Positions 12,296-24,966 of a DNA stretch of 64,000 nt are shown in pieces (the first letter of the stretch is position 1; each line of letters opens with the position of its first letter). Origin of the DNA: Haliotis rufescens (Eukaryota); assembly GCF_023055435.1 (NCBI RefSeq), contig NW_025963824.1, positions 2,728,001 through 2,792,000 on the forward strand, in the 5' to 3' direction. A program made the translations under genes and the position numbers. The notes below the pieces were generated by a model that made no database searches, had not been told where the DNA came from, and saw only the letters and a list, made by a program, of their open reading frames with translations.

Positions 12296-12878
12296 TGACT
12301 GAAGGTCCTCCTGTTTTACCTGTGCCCAACACACTCGGCGTGATGACTCGCTACTCACTTGTACTTGGTGATGAAGTCTGACTGAAGGTCCTCCTGTTTT
12401 ACCTGTGCCCAACACACTGCATGGGATGACTCGCTACTCACTTGTACTTGGTGATGAAGTCTGACTGAAGGGCCTCATGTTTTACCTGTGCCCAACACAC
12501 TCGGTGGGATGACTCGCTACTCACTTGTACTTGGTGATGAAGTCTGACTGAAGATCCTCCTGTTTTACCTGTGCCCAACACACTCTGTGGGATGACTCGC
12601 TACTCACTTGTACTTGGTGATGAAGTCTGACTGAAGGTCCTCATGTTTTACCTGTGCCCAACACACTCGGTGGGATGACTCGCTACTCACTTGTACTTGG
12701 TGATGAAGTCTGACTGAAGGTCCTCATGTTTTACCTGTGCCCAACACACTCGGTGGGATGACTCGCTACTCACTTGTACTTGGTGATGAAGCCTGGCTGA
12801 AGGTCCTCCTGTTTTACCTGTGCCCAACACACTCCATGGGATGACTCGCTACTCACTTGTACTTGGTGATAAAGCCTG
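12296..12878. repeat. 83-bp repeat x7 containing the end of exon 5 + donor
   Basis: actcacttgtacttggtgat recurs at 12353, 12436, 12519, 12602, 12685, 12768 and 12851 (real donor). Confidence 0.95.
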
Positions 12879-12997
12879 GCGTGTACTCCGTGGTCGGTTC
12901 GATCTTGTTGACGGTATCCTCCATCGTGCGGTGCATGGCCAGGTATTCTTCGCTGGACAGGTTTGTCAGCTTCACAAAGTCCTCAAGGATGAACTTA
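12857..12997 (-). CDS. FER: FER coding exon 5
   Basis: tttcag|TAAGTTC...TACAA|gtgagt; KFILEDFVKLTNLSSEEYLAMHRTMEDTVNKIEPTTEY; 141 nt, phase 2-2. Confidence 0.88.
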
Positions 12998-13005
12998 CTG
13001 AAACA

Positions 13006-13500
13006 GTGAGTGAGTGAGTGAGTGAGTGAGTGAGTGACCAGACCAGACAATGCAGTGATTGACATCATGAGTGAGATAGTTGTGTCTTCATTGAGTAAGT
13101 TGATGGGTGAGTGAGTGAGCGAGTGAGTTTTGAGGTGATTGGGTGAGTGAGTAGCTGGGTGGCTGTTGAAAGAGTGAGTGATTGAGTGAGTTAGTGAGTG
13201 AGTGAGTGAATGAGTGAGTGAGTGAGTGAGTGATTGGGTGAGTGATTGAGTGATTGGAGTGAGTGAGTGATTGTGTGAGTGATTGAGTGATTGGGTGAGT
13301 GTGAGTGAGTGATTGGGTGAATAAGTGAGTGATTGGGTAAATGAGTGAGGGATTGGGTAAATGAGTGAGTGAATGAGTGCGTGAGTGAGTGAGTGAATGG
13401 GTGGGAGAGTGAGTGAGTGAGTGAGTGAGAGTCTGAGTGAATGAGTGAGTAAGTAAGTAAGTTGATGGGTGAGATGGTGAGTGGTGGGTGGGTTGGTGAT
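13006..13500. repeat. Degenerate (GAGT)n microsatellite abutting the exon-5 acceptor
   Basis: gtgagtgagt runs start 7 nt from the AG. Confidence 0.85.
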
Positions 13501-13614
13501 TGATTCTGTTCTTGGACGTTTGTCACTTTTGTGAAACCGATGAGCAGAGGAATGGTACTTAGAATCATAACCAGGGATATATGGAAGAGGTGACTCTTCA
13601 ACCACGAGGCTGGC

Positions 13615-13947
13615 ACCCCCAGGAACAGGAGTAGAAAGACAATGTTTTAACTACGAGACAAACACACCCAGGAGCAGTAGAAAGACAATGTTTTAACTAC
13701 GAGACTAACACACCCAGGAGCAGTAGAAAGACAATGTTTTAACTACGAGACTAACACACCCAGGAACAGTAGTAGAAAGACAATGTTTTAACTACGAGAC
13801 TAACACACCCAGGAACAGCAGTAGAAAGACAATGTTTTAACTACGAGACTAACACACCCAGGAGCAGTAGAAAGACAATGTTTTAACTACGAGACTAACA
13901 CACCCAGGAACAGGAGTAGAAAGACAATGTTTTAACTACAAGACTAA
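13615..13947. repeat. 46-49-bp repeat x7 next to the exon-4 donor
   Basis: Unit cacccaggagcagtagaaagacaatgttttaactacgagactaaca. Confidence 0.9.
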
Positions 13948-13970
13948 AGAGTGCGGCTGCTGCTGCTGAC

Positions 13971-14163
13971 CTCTGATGGAGAAGAGTCTCCTGCACGGCC
14001 TGGTGGGAGTCCAGGAAGGCTGGGAGGGTGGTGCCGAGGTACCCGGTCTGGAACTCTGTGGCGTCCTTCAGTGACACGACGTAGTCATTATGCAGCTTGT
14101 GCAGCTTCACTGTGGTCTTGTGGTACCGAGCCCGGGCGTCCTCCAACTTGCTGCCGATCTTAC
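13971..14163 (-). CDS. FER: FER coding exon 4 (F-BAR)
   Basis: ctgcag|GTAAGATC...CATCAGAG|gtcagc; KLEDARARYHKTTVKLHKLHNDYVVSL...TLPAFLDS resembles FER F-BAR; 193 nt, phase 1-2. Confidence 0.88.
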
Positions 14164-14167
14164 CTGC

Positions 14168-15108
14168 AGACACAGATCACCATAGTAACAGTATGGTGCC
14201 ATGCAGTGACACAGATCACCATAGTAACAGTATATGGCCACGCGGTGACAGACACAGATCACCATAGTAACAGTATAGTGCCATGCAGTGACACAGATCA
14301 CCATAGTAACAGTAGGGTGCCACGCGGTGACAGACACAGATCACCATAGTAACAGTATGGTGCCACGCAGTGACAGACACAGATCACCATGGTAACAGTA
14401 TGGTGCCACCTGGTGACAGACACAGATCACCATAGTAACAGTATGGTGCCACGCAGTGACAGATGCAGATCACCATAGTAACAGTATGGTGCCACGCGGT
14501 GAAAGACACGGATCACCATAGTAACAGTATGGTGCCACGCAGTGACAGACACAGATCACCATAGTAACAGTATGGTGCCATGCGGTGACAGACACAGATC
14601 ACCATAGTAACAAAATATTGTGCCACGCGGTGACAGACACAGATCACCATAGTAACAGTATGGTGGCACGCAGTGACAGACACAGATCACCATAGTAACA
14701 GTATGGTGGCACGCAGTGACAGACACAGATTGCCATGGTAACAGTATGGTGCCACGCAGTGACAAACACAGATCACCATAGTAACAGTATGGTGCCACGC
14801 AGTGACAGACACAGATCACCATAGTAACAGTATGGTGCCATGCGGTGACAGACAAAGATCACCATAGTAACAGTATGGTGCCACGCAGTGACAGACACAG
14901 ATCACCATAGTAACAGTATGGTGCCACACAGTGACGGACACAGATCACCATGGTAACAGTATGGTGCCACGCAGTGACAGACACAGATCACCATAGTAAC
15001 AGTATGGTGCCACACAGTGACGGACACAGATCACCATGGTAACAGTATGGTGCCACGCAGTGACAGACACAGATCACCATAGTAACAGTATGGTGACAGA
15101 CACAGATC
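14168..15108. repeat. 43-bp minisatellite (~22 copies) abutting the exon-4 acceptor
   Basis: Unit gacacagatcaccatagtaacagtatggtgccacgcagtgaca; includes the pyrimidine tract (tctgtgtctg) but not the AG. Confidence 0.93.
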
Positions 15109-15611
15109 CGTGGAAGGAGGTGCTGTGTTGTGAGTAGGGTGGTATGGAATGTTTCACAGTAATCCAGCCAGACCCTGTCAGGGTCACCTAAACTATGCTC
15201 CACATAAATATTACAGTCATCCGGTATCGCATGTCCCCCGCCAATATGACATGTCCGATTGTGTGCAAGGTATTAGCCCTCCAGAAATGCACACTACCGT
15301 CATTTTCCGTCTAAGTCAAAGTCATTGCTATATAAAACAACATATTATTTAAAAATCACAAACTAGCAAAAGGCACTAGTTTACCACTAGACCTATCTAC
15401 GTAACAAGTTTGGTGAAGAATTATTGTATGATTTTCAAGAGCTGCTCCGGAAAGGAGTACTACCGCCATTTTCAGTCTAATAATTTCTTAAAAAATCCAA
15501 AACTTTCAAAAGGCACCAATTCACCACTAGACCTATGTGCCAAGTTTGATTAAGATATCTGTCATGGTCTTTTAGTTCTGCTCCGGAACTCGCCTCCAGT
15601 GTCGGGCCTAC

Positions 15612-15708
15612 CTTTCGTCTGTATGTCCATGTACTTGGCTCGCTCCTGCTTCAACTTCTCGGACATGCGGATGTATTCGGACTTGTTTCCCTGCACGTTC
15701 TCCTGCAT
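15612..15708 (-). CDS. FER: FER coding exon 3 (F-BAR)
   Basis: ttgcag|ATGCAG...ACGAAAG|gtaggc; MQENVQGNKSEYIRMSEKLKQERAKYMDIQTK; 97 nt, phase 0-1, fits both neighbours. Confidence 0.85.
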
Positions 15709-15844
15709 CTGCAACAGACAGAGAAGAAGAAGACGTTCTTAAAAGCAGTGTACTAAGATGCGTGTACGATCCTCGGGAATATAATGAAAACATTTGTCAT
15801 TTGATTTTACATTTCTTTACATTGTATTCAAATGCAAAATAAAT

Positions 15845-16535
15845 TGTGAACACACAATGCCATTTTGAAAGTGGTCAAATGTTACAAATTGGGGTATATT
15901 TTGGATAACACTTTCTTTGTAAAGTACAGATTCTCATACTTTTTGGGGTTGAGTCCTGTCTGGGATTTGAACCCACACTGCCAGAGTGAGGCACCTAATC
16001 GCCAGCACACTAAGTCAGCATACTTACCCACTCAGCCACCGAGACTTCCACAAAATGAAAGTCGGGCAACTGGTAGTCTAGATCACGCACTTTGTGTACC
16101 CCTCTGACAAGTGTAAATTGGCACGCCTCCAATGGCGGACATGACTACCAGTTGTCGGATTTTGTGGAAGCCTCGGTGGCTGAGTGGGTTAGATCGCTAA
16201 CTTTGTGTATTCGACATAATAAGCACCCAGCTCTAATAAGTGCCCACGGCAATATTTGCTAATATATTGGCTAGTGAACAATCCCAATTGGCACCCTTTC
16301 CGATTGATCAATGGACTTTTTTTTCGCAAATAATACGCACTCGTGTGTTATATGCACCCTTAATTATGGGCAATTAAATTCTGGAAAAATCAGCATAAAC
16401 CAAGAAATTTATCTTTCAACTCTGTTTTTGTTCACCAAAATAATATTCTAATAAGAGCCCCTATTTCTAACTTTGAGAGCGCCTTGGGCGCTTATTACGT
16501 CGAATGCGGTATCCCAAATATAACATTTGTTGCAA
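15845..16535. mobile_element. tRNA-containing repeat with an inverted partial copy, interrupted by a MITE
   Basis: Minus-strand GGTGGCTGAGTGGGTAAG...GGTTCAAATCC (A/B boxes); inverted copy from ~16143; homologous to 45150-45558. Confidence 0.55.
16207..16510. mobile_element. pogo/Tigger-like (Tc1-mariner) MITE, degenerate copy
   Basis: Ends gtattcgacataataagc / cttattacgtcgaatgcggta; homologous to 55661-55985. Confidence 0.75.
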
Positions 16536-16622
16536 AATGAATTGGCAGCGAGAAACATTCATATTACAATCTTAACAGAAGTTGTATTTATAAAATCCCA
16601 GGGATATTATATAAAATCTAAC

Positions 16623-16796
16623 CTTATTGAAGTCAGAGTCGAGTCTGTTCCTCTCCTCCAGGTACTGTTTGCGTACAGCCTTCTTCTCACTGATGACAGA
16701 GTTGAGAGTGTCGAGGGTGCGTGTGGACAGAGTGTCTGCGTTCTGCCGTAGCCGCAGCACCACATTCTCCGTCTCCTTCACTATAGTGTTTATTGC
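16623..16796 (-). CDS. FER: FER coding exon 2 (F-BAR)
   Basis: ttgcag|GCAATA...AATAAG|gttaga; AINTIVKETENVVLRLRQNADTL...DFNK; 174 nt, phase 0-0. Confidence 0.88.
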
Positions 16797-16808
16797 CTGC
16801 AACAGGAG

Positions 16809-17193
16809 GTGAGGTGAGGTGAGGTGAGGTGAGGTGAGGTGAGGTGAGGTGAGGTGAAATTGGGTTTAACGTCGTGTCTTAGATTAGTGCTCTTATATAG
16901 CGACGTGCATGCACGTGTGTGGCTGCTTGTACTAGTCCGGACTGATGCCGATTTATAGTGCTAGCCCACTGAGATACCATGCCGCAGTTAAACATGAATA
17001 CCCCACTCAGACACAGTATACTGATTCCAAGCCTACCAGTCCTTGTTTTAGCCCCTTAATTCCGAGCACGAGACAGGGTAACACCAAGTACAATCTTTTA
17101 ATGTCTTTTGGTATGACGCGGCCGGGGATCGAACCCCGGACCTTCCACTCTCTGGGCGGATGCTCTTCCACTAGACCACGGAGGCGGTCTCCC
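16809..17193 (-). mobile_element. tRNA-derived SINE family B with (CACCT)n tail
   Basis: A box TGGTCTAGTGG, B box GGTTCGATCC, central GTCATACCAAAAGAC... segment (Meta/MESC-like, from memory); TSD gcaacaggag at 16799-16808 and 17194-17203. Confidence 0.85.
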
Positions 17194-17569
17194 GCAACAG
17201 GAGACACACACAGTCTACATGTATGGTCTGAAGATTGGTCAGGAAACTAAAGGATGAAATACTTCACTCTTTCAACACCAGTCAGGCGAATGCTCTACCA
17301 CTAGACCACGGAGGCGGTCCCCCGCAACAGGAGACAGACACAGTCTACATGTATGGTCTGAACATCGGTCAGGAAACTAAAGGATGAATTACTTCACTCT
17401 TTCAACACCAGTCAACCGGACGCCAATTGTAAAGATTTCATAACATAAACTAACTATTTATTTTTATTTTCATTGTTTACGCAATCAGAAAATTATTTAA
17501 AAAATAGCATTTTATATTATCTGACAACACCCGTTTCCCAATGACAGAGGCTATCTCAGTAACATGTAT

Positions 17570-17752
17570 GTTTGTTTGTTTGTTTGGTGTTTAACAGCGC
17601 ACTCAGCAATATTTCAACTATATGATGGCAGTCTGTAAATAATCATGTATTGACCAAACAATCCAGTGATTGACAACATGAGCATCATACCACGCATTTG
17701 AGATACGATGACATGCGAGCCTGATCATCCAATCCCGCTAATCGCCTCTTAA
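17570..17752 (-). mobile_element. SINE-like family D fragment, (CAAA)n tail
   Basis: Homologous to 57518-57740 and 40296-40482. Confidence 0.7.
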
Positions 17753-17926
17753 ATGTTTTTTATGATTATGAAAACATGAAACGCCAGAAACACTGCTTGA
17801 TTAGCCTATCAAATGCCACCTAAACACTTGAAATATATTTATAACATTTTTATTTTGAGACCTCTAAAACTGATTATTATAACCATTAGATTTACAACAG
17901 GGGGACCTTGACTCTGATCCCGAATG

Positions 17927-20900
17927 GTGAACACAGACGCGGGCCGGCAAGCAGATAACCTGCATTGTTAGGTGGTTATTGGCTCGTGGGTGTTGTACAA
18001 CCATAAAACATGGTCACTGTTGAAGTGAACACAGACGCGGGCCGGCAAGCAGATAACCTGCATTGTTAGGTGGTTATTGGCTCGTGGGTGTTGTACAACC
18101 ATAAAACATGGTCACTGTTGAAGTGAACACAGACGCGGGCCGGCAAGCAGATAACCTGCATTGTTAGGTGGTTATTGGCTCGTGGGTGTTGTACAACCAT
18201 AAAACATGGTCACTGTTGAAGTGAACACAGACGCGGGCCGGCAAGCAGATAACCTGCATTGTTAGGTGGTTATTGGCTCGTGGGTGTTGTACAACCATAA
18301 AACATGGTCACTGTTGAAGTGAACACAGACGCGGGCCGGCAAGCAGATAACCTGCATTGTTAGGTGGTTATTGGCTCGTGGGTGTTGTACAACCATAAAA
18401 CATGGTCACTGTTGAAGTGAACACAGACGCGGGCCGGCAAGCAGATAACCTGCATTGTTAGGTGGTTATTGGCTCGTGGGTGTTGTACAACCATAAAACA
18501 TGGTCACTGTTGAAGTGAACACAGACGCGGGCCGGCAAGCAGATAACCTGCATTGTTGGGTGGTTATTGGCTCGTGGGTGTTGTACAACCATAAAACATG
18601 GTCACTGTTGAGGTGAACACAGACGCGGGCCGGCAAGCAGATAACCTGCATTGTTAGGTGGTTATTGGCTCGTGGGTGTTGTACAACCATAAAACATGGT
18701 CACTGTTGAAGTGAACACAGACGCGGGCCGGCAAGCAGATAACCTGCATTGTTAGGTGGTTATTGGCTCGTGGGTGTTGTACAACCATAAAACATGGTCA
18801 CTGTTGAAGTGAACACAGACGCGGGCCGGCAAGCAGATAACCTGCATTGTTGGGTGGTTATTGGCTCGTGGGTGTTGTACAACCATAAAACATGGTCACT
18901 GTTGAAGTGAACACAGACGCGGGCCGGCAAGCAGATAACCTGCATTGTTGGGTGGTTATTGGCTCGTGGGTGTTGTACAACCATAAAACATGGTCACTGT
19001 TGAGGTGAACACAGACGCGGGCCGGCAAGCAGATAACCTGCATAGTTGGGTGGTTATTGGCTCGTGGGTGTTGTACAACCATAAAACATGGTCACTGTTG
19101 AAGTGAACACAGACGCGGGCCGGCAAGCAGATAACCTGCATAGTTGGGTGGTTATTGGCTCGTGGGTGTTGTACAACCATAAAACATGGTCACTGTTGAA
19201 GTGAACACAGACGCGGGCCGGCAAGCAGATAACCTGCATTGTTGGGTGGTTATTGGCTCGTGGGTGTTGTACAACCATAAAACATGGTCACTGTTGAAGT
19301 GAACACAGACGCGGGCCGGCAAGCAGATAACCTGCATTGTTGGGTGGTTATTGGCTCGTGGGTGTTGTACAACCATAAAACATGGTCACTGTTGAAGTGA
19401 ACACAGACGCGGGCCGGCAAGCAGATAACCTGCATTGTTGGGTGGTTATTGGCTCGTGGGTGTTGTACAACCATAAAACATGGTCACTGTTGAAGTGAAC
19501 ACAGACGCGGGCCGGCAAGCAGATAACCTGCATTGTTAGGTGGTTATTGGCTCGTGGGTGTTGTACAACCATAAAACATGGTCACTGTTGAAGTGAACAC
19601 AGACGCGGGCCGGCAAGCAGATAACCTGCATTGTTGGGTGGTTATTGGCTCGTGGGTGTTGTACAACCATAAAACATGGTCACTGTTGAAGTGAACACAG
19701 ACGCGGGCCGGCAAGCAGATAACCTGCATTGTTGGGTGGTTATTGGCTCGTGGGTGTTGTACAACCATAAAACATGGTCACTGTTGAAGTGAACACAGAC
19801 GCGGGCCGGCAAGCAGATAACCTGCATTGTTAGGTGGTTATTGGCTCGTGGGTGTTGTACAACCATAAAACATGGTCACTGTTGAAGTGAACACAGACGC
19901 GGGCCGGCAAGCAGATAACCTGCATTGTTAGGTGGTTATTGGCTCGTGGGTGTTGTACAACCATAAAACATGGTCACTGTTGAAGTGAACACAGACGCGG
20001 GCCGGCAAGCAGATAACCTGCATAGTTGGGTGGTTATTGGCTCGTGGGTGTTGTACAACCATAAAACATGGTCACTGTTGAAGTGAACACAGACGCGGGC
20101 CGGCAAGCAGATAACCTGCATAGTTGGGTGGTTATTGGCTCGTGGGTGTTGTACAACCATAAAACATGGTCACTGTTGAAGTGAACACAGACGAAGGCCG
20201 GCAAGCAGATAACCTGCATTGTTAGGTGGTTATTGGCTCGTGGGTGTTGTACAACCATAAAACATGGTCACTGTTGAAGTGAACACAGACGCGGGCCGGC
20301 AAGCAGATAACCTGCATTGTTGGGTGGTTATTGGCTCGTGGGTGTTGTACAACCATAAAACATGGTCACTGTTGAAGTGAACACAGACGCGGGCCGGCAA
20401 GCAGATAACCTGCATTGTTAGGTGGTTATTGGCTCGTGGGTGTTGTACAACCATAAAACATGGTCACTGTTGAAGTGAACACAGACGCGGGCCGGCAAGC
20501 AGATAACCTGCATTGTTGGGTGGTTATTGGCTCGTGGGTGTTGTACAACCATAAAACATGGTCACTGTTGAAGTGAACACAGACGCGGGCCGGCAAGCAG
20601 ATAACCTGCATTGTTGGGTGGTTATTGGCTCGTGGGTGTTGTACAACCATAAAACATGGTCACTGTTGAAGTGAACACAGACGCGGGCCGGCAAGCAGAT
20701 AACCTGAATTGTTGGGTGGTTATTGGCTCGTGGGTGTTGTACAACCATAAAACATGGTCACTGTTGAAGTGAACACAGACGCGGGCCGGCAAGCAGATAA
20801 CCTGCATAGTTGGGTGGTTATTGGCTCGTGGGTGTTGTACAACCATAAAACATGGTCACTGTTGAAGTGAACACAGACGCGGGCCGGCAAGCAGATAACC

Positions 20901-22536
20901 TGCATAGTTGGGTGGTTATTGGCTCGTGGGTGTTGTACAACCATAAAACATGGTCACTGTTGAAGTGAACACAGACGCGGGCCGGCAAGCAGATAACCTG
21001 CATTGTTGGGTGGTTATTGGCTCGTGGGTGTTGTACAACCATAAAACATGGTCACTGTTGAAGTGAACACAGACGCGGGCCGGCAAGCAGATAACCTGCA
21101 TTGTTGGGTGGTTATTGGCTCGTGGGTGTTGTACAACCATAAAACATGGTCACTGTTGAAGTGAACACAGACGCGGGCCGGCAAGCAGATAACCTGCATT
21201 GTTGGGTGGTTATTGGCTCGTGGGTGTTGTACAACCATAAAACATGGTCACTGTTGAAGTGAACACAGACGCGGGCCGGCAAGCAGATAACCTGAATTGT
21301 TGGGTGGTTATTGGCTCGTGGGTGTTGTACAACCATAAAACATGGTCACTGTTGAAGTGAACACAGACGCGGGCCGGCAAGCAGATAACCTGAATTGTTG
21401 GGTGGTTATTGGCTCGTGGGTGTTGTACAACCATAAAACATGGTCACTGTTGAAGTGAACACAGACGCGGGCCGGCAAGCAGATAACCTGAATTGTTGGG
21501 TGGTTATTGGCTCGTGGGTGTTGTACAACCATAAAACATGGTCACTGTTGAAGTGAACACAGACGCGGGCCGGCAAGCAGATAACCTGAATTGTTGGGTG
21601 GTTATTGGCTCGTGGGTGTTGTACAACCATAAAACATGGTCACTGTTGAAGTGAACACAGACGCGGGCCGGCAAGCAGATAACCTGAATTGTTGGGTGGT
21701 TATTGGCTCGTGGGTGTTGTACAACCATAAAACATGGTCACTGTTGAAGTGAACACAGACGCGGGACGGCAAGCAGATAACCTGCATTGTTGGGTGGTTA
21801 TTGGCTCGTGGGTGTTGTACAACCATAAAACATGGTCACTGTTGAAGTGAACACAGACGCGGGCCGGCAAGCAGATAACCTGCATTGTTGGGTGGTTATT
21901 GGCTCGTGGGTGTTGTACAACCATAAAACATGGTCACTGTTGAAGTGAACACAGACGCGGGCCGGCAAGCAGATAACCTGCATTGTTGGGTGGTTATTGG
22001 CTCGTGGGTGTTGTACAACCATAAAACATGGTCACTGTTGAAGTGAACTCAGACGCGGGCCGGCAAGCAGATAACCTGCATTGTTGGGTGGTTATTGGCT
22101 CGTGGGTGTTGTACAACCATAAAACATGGACACTGTTGAAGTGAACACAGACGCGGGCCGGCAAGCAGATAACCTGCATTGTTGGGTGGTTATTGGCTGG
22201 TGGGTGTTGTACAACCATAAAACATGGTCACTGTTGAAGTGAACACAGACGCGGGCCGGCAAGCAGATAACCTGCATTGTTGGGTGGTTATTGGCTCGTG
22301 GGTGTTGTACAACCATAAAACATGGTCACTGTTGAAGTGAACACAGACGCGGGCCGGCAAGCAGATAACCTGCATTGTTGGGTGGTTATTGGCTCGTGGG
22401 TGTTGTACAACCATAAAACATGGTCACTGTTGAAGTGAACACAGACGCGGGCCGGCAAGCAGATAACCTGCATAGTTGGGTGGTTATTGGCTCGTGGGTG
22501 TTGTACAACCATAAAACATGGTCACTGTTGAAGTGA
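17927..22536. repeat. 98-bp tandem array, ~47 near-identical copies, mid-intron
   Basis: 98-nt spacing of identical ORF-track peptides; few variant positions. Confidence 0.97.
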
Positions 22537-22634
22537 CAATTTTGACCTATTACTCTACATTGCCCTATGTTTATCAGGCGCCGTAAAGGAACAGTTTGTC
22601 CTTGACCCTCCCCATAAATCCTTGTCATTGTGTG

Positions 22635-23555
22635 TCACAGTGTCTCACACACATCACACTCTGTCTCACACACATCACGCTCTGTCTCACACACAACACA
22701 CTCTGTCTCACACACATCACGCTCTGTCTCACACACAACACTCTGTCTCACACACAACACGCTCTGTCTCACACACATCACACTCTGTCTCACACACAAC
22801 ACACTGTCTCACACACAACACACTCTGTCTCACACACATCACACTCTGTCTCACACACAACACTCTGTCTCACACACATCACGCTCTGTCTCACACACAT
22901 CACACTGTCTCACACAAATCACGCTCTGTCTCACACACATCACGCTGTCTCACACACATCACACTCTGTCTCACACACATCACTCTCTGTCTCACACACA
23001 TCACACTGTCTCACACACATCACGCTCTGTCTCACACACATCACACTCTGTCTCACACACATCACACTCTGTCTCACACACAACACACTCTGTCTCACAC
23101 ACATCACAGTCTGTCTCACACACATCACACTCTGTCTCACACACATCACACTCTGTCTCACACACAACACACTCTGTCTCACACCCAACACACTGTCTCA
23201 CACACATCACGCTCTGTCTCACACACATGACACTGTCTCACACACATCACACTCTGTCTCACACACATCACACTGTCTCACACACATCACGCTCTGTCTC
23301 ACACACATCACGCTCTGTCTCACACACATCACACTCACACAACACACTCTGTCTCACACAAATCACGCTCTGTCTCACACACATCACACTCTGTCTCACA
23401 CACATCACACTCTGTCTCACACACAACACACTCTGTCTCACACACAACACACTCTGTCTCACACACATCACACTCTGTCTCACACACATCACACTCTGTC
23501 TCACACACAACACACTCTGTCTCACACACAACACAGTCTCATACACATTTCTCAC
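22635..23555. repeat. ~19-21-bp CA-rich minisatellite
   Basis: Unit acactctgtctcacacacatc. Confidence 0.9.
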
Positions 23556-24966
23556 AGTCTCCCGTATTACATACACTGACACACAGTTAGGCAGAACACC
23601 CAGGCTGTACACAGACACTCAGGCTCTTCCAATAGTCTCCCCTATTACATACACTGACACACAGTTAGGCAGAACACCCAGGCTGTACACAGACACTCAG
23701 GCTCTTCCAATAGTCTCCCCTATTACATACACTGACACACAGTTAGGCAGAACACCCAGGCTGTACACAGACACTCAGGCTCTTCCAATAGTCTCCCCTA
23801 TTACATACACTGACACACAGTTAGGCAGAACACCCAGGCTGTACACAGACACTCAGGCTCTTCCAATAGTCTCCCCTATTACATACACTGACACACAGTT
23901 AGGCAGAACACCCAGGCTGTACACAGACACTCAGGCTCTTCCAATAGTCTCCCCTATTACATACACTGACACACAGTTAGGCAGAACACCCAGGCTGTAC
24001 ACAGACACTCAGGCTCTTCCAATAGTCTCCCCTATTACATACACTGACACACAGTTAGGCAGAACACCCAGGCTGTACACAGACACTCAGGCTCTTCCAA
24101 TAGTCTCCCCTATTACATACACTGACACACAGTTAGGCAGAACACCCAGGCTGTACACAGACACTCAGGCTCTTCCAATAGTCTCCCCTATTACATACAC
24201 TGACACACAGTTAGGCAGAACACCCAGGCTGTACACAGACACTCAGGCTCTTCCAATAGTCTCCCCTATTACATACACTGACACACAGTTAGGCAGAACA
24301 CCCAGGCTGTACACAGACACTCAGGCTCTTCCAATAGTCTCCCCTATTACATACACTGACACACAGTTAGGCAGAACACCCAGGCTGTACACAGACACTC
24401 AGGCTCTTCCAATAGTCTCCCCTATTACATACACTGACACACAGTTAGGCAGAACACCCAGGCTGTACACAGACACTCAGGCTCTTCCAATAGTCTCCCC
24501 TATTATATACACTGACACACAGTTAGGCAGAACACCCAGGCTGTACACAGACACTCAGGCTCTTCCAATAGTCTCCCCTATTACATACACTGACACACAG
24601 TTAGGCAGAACACCCAGGCTGTACACAGACACTCAGGCTCTTCCAATAGTCTCCCCTATTACATACACTGACACACAGTTAGGCAGAACACCCAGGCTGT
24701 ACACAGACACTCAGGCTCTTCCAATAGTCTCCCCTATTACATACACTGACACACAGTTAGGCAGAACACCCAGGCTGTATACAGACACTCAGGCTCTTCC
24801 AATAGTCTCCCCTATTACATACACTGACACACAGTTAGGCAGAACAGTCAGGCTGTACACAGACACTCAGACTCTTCCAATAGTCTCCCCTATTACATAC
24901 ACTGACACACAGTTAGGCAGAACACCCAGGCTGTACACAGACACTCAGACTCTTCCAATATTCTCC
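23556..24966. repeat. 78-bp tandem array (~18 copies)
   Basis: 26-aa periodicity TYTDTQLGRTPRLYTDTQALPIVSPI in the ORF track. Confidence 0.95.

Noticed and set aside
3756-12856. Intron gain by tandem duplication as the origin of these introns
   Set aside because: Each intron has a separate donor and acceptor context not derived from one unit, and exon sizes and phases resemble the vertebrate FER layout as I recall it; expansion of existing introns fits better (needs an orthologue alignment)
12998-13616. His/Ser/Thr/Leu-rich N-terminal extension of ORF 12853-13605
   Set aside because: Translation of an (ACTC)n microsatellite; the real exon starts at the acceptor at 12997
18466-22628. Dozens of identical 74-aa ORFs; possible CRISPR-like array
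   Set aside because: Pure 98-bp tandem repeat with no unique spacers and no cas genes; eukaryotic intron
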